Origin: Alphaproteobacteria bacterium
GTDB lineage: Bacteria; Pseudomonadota; Alphaproteobacteria; Rickettsiales; SXRF01
Direction of reading: 5' to 3'
Length of the DNA: 64,000 nt
NCBI GenBank assembly: GCA_039808985.1
Contig: JBDHUC010000006.1
Span: 20,261-84,260 of the forward strand
Shown: positions 61,769 through 64,000 of the stretch, one piece after another
Layout of the letters: each line of letters starts with the position of its first letter
Position numbering within the stretch: the stretch's first letter is position 1
Translations under genes and position numbers: made by a program
Notes under the pieces: model-generated
Told to the model about the DNA's origin: nothing
What the model saw: the letters and a program-made list of their open reading frames with translations, nothing else
Database searches by the model: none

Positions 61769-62653
61769 TCAACGCAATTCATCATACAATTCAATCGGTA
61801 GCCCTGAGTGAGATTTAAGATAATTAATTATTTGATGTTCTTTGCCGTAGAATGGCCTTCGCACAACAAATAGCGCATCCACATCGTCTTTAAAGCTACT
61901 TGATTTTGCGATTGGTGTTTTAAGGATAAATTTGTAATAGGGCGGTGAACTTAATTTTCTGGATGAGCGCGCAGGCTCAACACTTATAAATTGCAGTTCA
62001 TTCCACTTTAATTCCGCCAGCGGCTTTAGCTGGTCGCGTAATATTTCGCGGTATCCTCCTTCCAGCAGGGCGATGTTTGCCTGCAATCCACTGGCTGTAA
62101 ATATCAGGCCTGTTGATGCCAAACGGGAAGCAAGCTTCTTTTCTTCAACCGATTGGCGACGCTGTTTAAAGACAAAAACAAGTAACAATATTGGGAATAT
62201 AATGGCAAGGTAGCTTAACGCCTTTAATCCGCTGTCTTCAGAGAAAATACCGGCTATGGATAATAACCCAACGACTAGCAGGAATCCTATAAAGAAATTA
62301 AATGCTATTATTTCCGTATTATATTTCTCCAGCATATCCGGCGGCAGGATGCTTAACCTTTCATCGCTGACGTTATTTTCTACGGAAGAATCCGGCAACT
62401 CTGGCATAATAACCGCTTGCTTCCTGTGTTGATTGGAGCAGGCCCATAACACTAATGGGGTGACGATGGCAATGGATACAGCCATGAACAATATAACAGA
62501 CAAGGCTTCGTGCGAGCTTGTTTTGCCGTTGGCAATATCAATAAAAAATGACGAAAATCCGATCGGAGCTGCGATGGCAAGCCCAAAGGCCAGGTTTTTA
62601 AGCCGTTTGCGCTTCTGGTTGGCGTGATATATTTCAAGCTCTTTTTCATTCAT
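61769..62653 (-). CDS. hypothetical membrane protein (4-5 TM plus a C-terminal soluble domain)
   Basis: 294 aa from the ATG at 62653. The longer 62734 start would overlap the upstream MCP gene. No family was recognised. Confidence 0.45.
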   Translation of the reverse strand: MNEKELEIYHANQKRKRLKNLAFGLAIAAPIGFSSFFIDIANGKTSSHEALSVILFMAVSIAIVTPLVLWACSNQHRKQAVIMPELPDSSVENNVSDERLSILPPDMLEKYNTEIIAFNFFIGFLLVVGLLSIAGIFSEDSGLKALSYLAIIFPILLLVFVFKQRRQSVEEKKLASRLASTGLIFTASGLQANIALLEGGYREILRDQLKPLAELKWNELQFISVEPARSSRKLSSPPYYKFILKTPIAKSSSFKDDVDALFVVRRPFYGKEHQIINYLKSHSGLPIELYDELR

Positions 62654-62706
62654 CAGGCAATCCCATTCGAATATACTGCTCACAGAAATTTGAATGTTGG
62701 CACAAT

Positions 62707-63552
62707 CTAAGCCGCTGCAATCTTCTTTATGCATGTATTAAGTTGATTTACCCCGGAAGACGCCTTTTGCATATTGCTGGATATTTCCTTGGTAACAGCA
62801 GTCTGCTCTTCAATAGCCGAGGCGACTGCGCTTACTGAGTGGCTTACAGAAGATGCGGCTTGATCAACCGACACCGCACTCTCAGCCGCCTGATTCGACA
62901 TCTGCTGCAATTCAATAATCTTGGCAGCAATATCATCAGTAGCTTTTCCGGTCTGTGTAGCTAGTGTTTTAACTTCAGCAGCCACTACAGCGAATCCTTT
63001 GCCTGCCTCACCAGCTCGCGCTGCTTCAATGGTCGCGTTTAATGCCAGCAAATTAACCTGGCCAGCGATGCCCCTAATCATCTCCACCACCGCTTCCATT
63101 GAGGTTGCGGTTTCTTTCAGGGAGTTCATTATCTGATTCGCATGTTTAATTTTATCCACAATATCAATAATTGCTGAATTAGAGTTCGACATATTTTTAC
63201 TGATTTCTGAAATTGAGGCTGTCATCTCTTCAGATGCGGCTGCAACTGTCTGAGTAACTGCATGCATCTCATTTGTAAGGCTAACTGATTCGAGTCGTGC
63301 TTGCATTTGCTGCGTAATATTGGTTGCGTATTTAACCACCTTAAACGGTTTGCCGTTCATATCCAGAATGGGATTATAAGAAGCCTGGATCCATATCTCC
63401 TTGCCGCCCTTTCCAATTCTCTTGTATTCGGCTACCTGATACTCGCCCCGGTTCGGAGCCATCCAGAAGTTTTTGTATTCCTGGCTCTGTGCATAGCCTG
63501 ATTCTGCAAACATGCTATGGTGCTTTCCCTGTATTTCTTCCAATGAATAACC
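62707..63552 (-). pseudogene. 5'-truncated PAS-domain methyl-accepting chemotaxis protein
   Basis: Intact MCP signalling domain ([32 protein letters not shown]). Only the C-terminal half of a PAS domain is present. The reading frame [15 protein letters not shown] is preceded directly by an in-frame TAA at 63553-63555. There is no ATG and no RBS. Confidence 0.7.
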
Positions 63553-63568
63553 TTACAAGGGAGTTACT

Positions 63569-63805
63569 ATGGACAACTACAATCTCTTCGCAGACCTGCT
63601 TAACAAATACAGCCAGCTTACGCCATGGGTGCAGGCGTTGATTGGTATCAGTGCCGGTGGTGTGGTGTTGGGTGTGGCATATTTTTTCAAAGAAACAGTG
63701 GCAGTGCTGATGCGCCCATTCCAGCGCACGCAGCCTGAAAACGAACCAAAGGAAGCCAAGAAAGAATGGCGCGATAAATATTACCGTGATGAAAACGCAC
63801 ATTAA
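63569..63805 (+). CDS. hypothetical small membrane protein
   Basis: 78 aa with one TM (ALIGISAGGVVLGVAYFF) and a charged C-terminus. It lies just inside the apparent insertion boundary. Confidence 0.4.
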   Translation: MDNYNLFADLLNKYSQLTPWVQALIGISAGGVVLGVAYFFKETVAVLMRPFQRTQPENEPKEAKKEWRDKYYRDENAH

Positions 63806-63891
63806 GCAAGATTCTTGCGATACGGCGCTCTTTCCATTCGACTTACGCGGCAAAGGAAGCATTCATTGGGTAAATAACCAACGGAGGATTC

Positions 63892-64000
63892 ATGGAGGAC
63901 AAGGAATTATCAGCAATAAAAGCACTGTGGCGGGAGCATTTCCATCAAGACCCGCCGTTCAAGGCAAGCCGAGATTTTATGCAAGGGCACATCGCCTGGG
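63892..64000 (+). CDS. partial ORF (N-terminal 36 aa), possibly DUF2924-like (mobile-element associated)
   Basis: Not in the ORF track because it runs off the window. GGAGG SD 5 nt upstream. MEDKELSAIKALWREHFHQDPPFKASRDFMQGHIAW fits the L..LW...F...PP....R......IA pattern I associate with DUF2924. Confidence 0.35.
   Translation, partial: MEDKELSAIKALWREHFHQDPPFKASRDFMQGHIAW

Noticed and set aside
63515-63862. 115-aa minus-strand ORF spanning the MCP truncation point
   Set aside because: It is in a different frame from the MCP remnant, antisense to the better-supported 63569-63805 ORF, and has no motifs.

Overview
This is a 64 kb chromosomal window from a moderately AT-rich Gram-negative bacterium. 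The gene content (Usg-family protein, EtfBA, TadE/TadG, recN-ligA-prmA) suggests an alphaproteobacterium, but that is inference only. No rRNA genes or CRISPR arrays were seen.

Layout:
- 1-6000: housekeeping genes recN (5' partial), ligA, prmA and an M24B aminopeptidase.
- 6.0-9.9 kb: an accessory islet with an IS110-family element, a PcfJ-like/LRR-like repeat protein and a divergent XRE-HTH pair, ending at tRNA-Thr(CGT).
- 10.1-15.1 kb: a tightly coupled minus-strand NAD-related operon (SPFH, NAD-kinase-fold, short Prs-like, NadV-like, NrtR-like).
- 15.2-19.2 kb: saccharopine-dehydrogenase-like, DCC/DUF4166 and DUF2269 genes, tRNA-Lys(CTT), usg and yaaA.
- 19.3-23.3 kb: an orphan tadE-tadE-tadG-tadG block.
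- 23.3-39.3 kb: uxs, etfBA, nadE coupled to two paralogous polytopic membrane proteins, an astE-like/astB divergent pair, a VirB2-like pilin, a Crp/Fnr regulator, a LemA-TPM-TPM triad, acs and bdhA.
- 39.3-41.3 kb: a low-GC GmrSD-like (DUF262/DUF1524) gene plus a coupled 73-aa ORF.
- 42.0-43.8 kb: a small thiol-redox cluster with a MarR regulator.
- 44.9-61.8 kb: a visibly GC-richer block. It carries narK, narGHJI, a chaperone-like gene, a NIT-Crp/Fnr fusion regulator, a Moco-riboswitch-controlled moaA-moaC/B-moeA-moaD-moaE-mobA operon, ytfE and tauE. Four FNR-type boxes lie in it.
- Right edge: a PAS-MCP gene is 5'-truncated at an apparent insertion boundary.

The three most interesting candidates are the NAD operon (a possible ADPR-to-NAD recycling module with unexplained SPFH and NADK-fold partners), the NIT-Crp/Fnr-Cys-rich one-component regulator, and the GmrSD-like two-gene insertion. 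All calls rest on reading the translated ORFs and the DNA by eye. No searches or computations were run.
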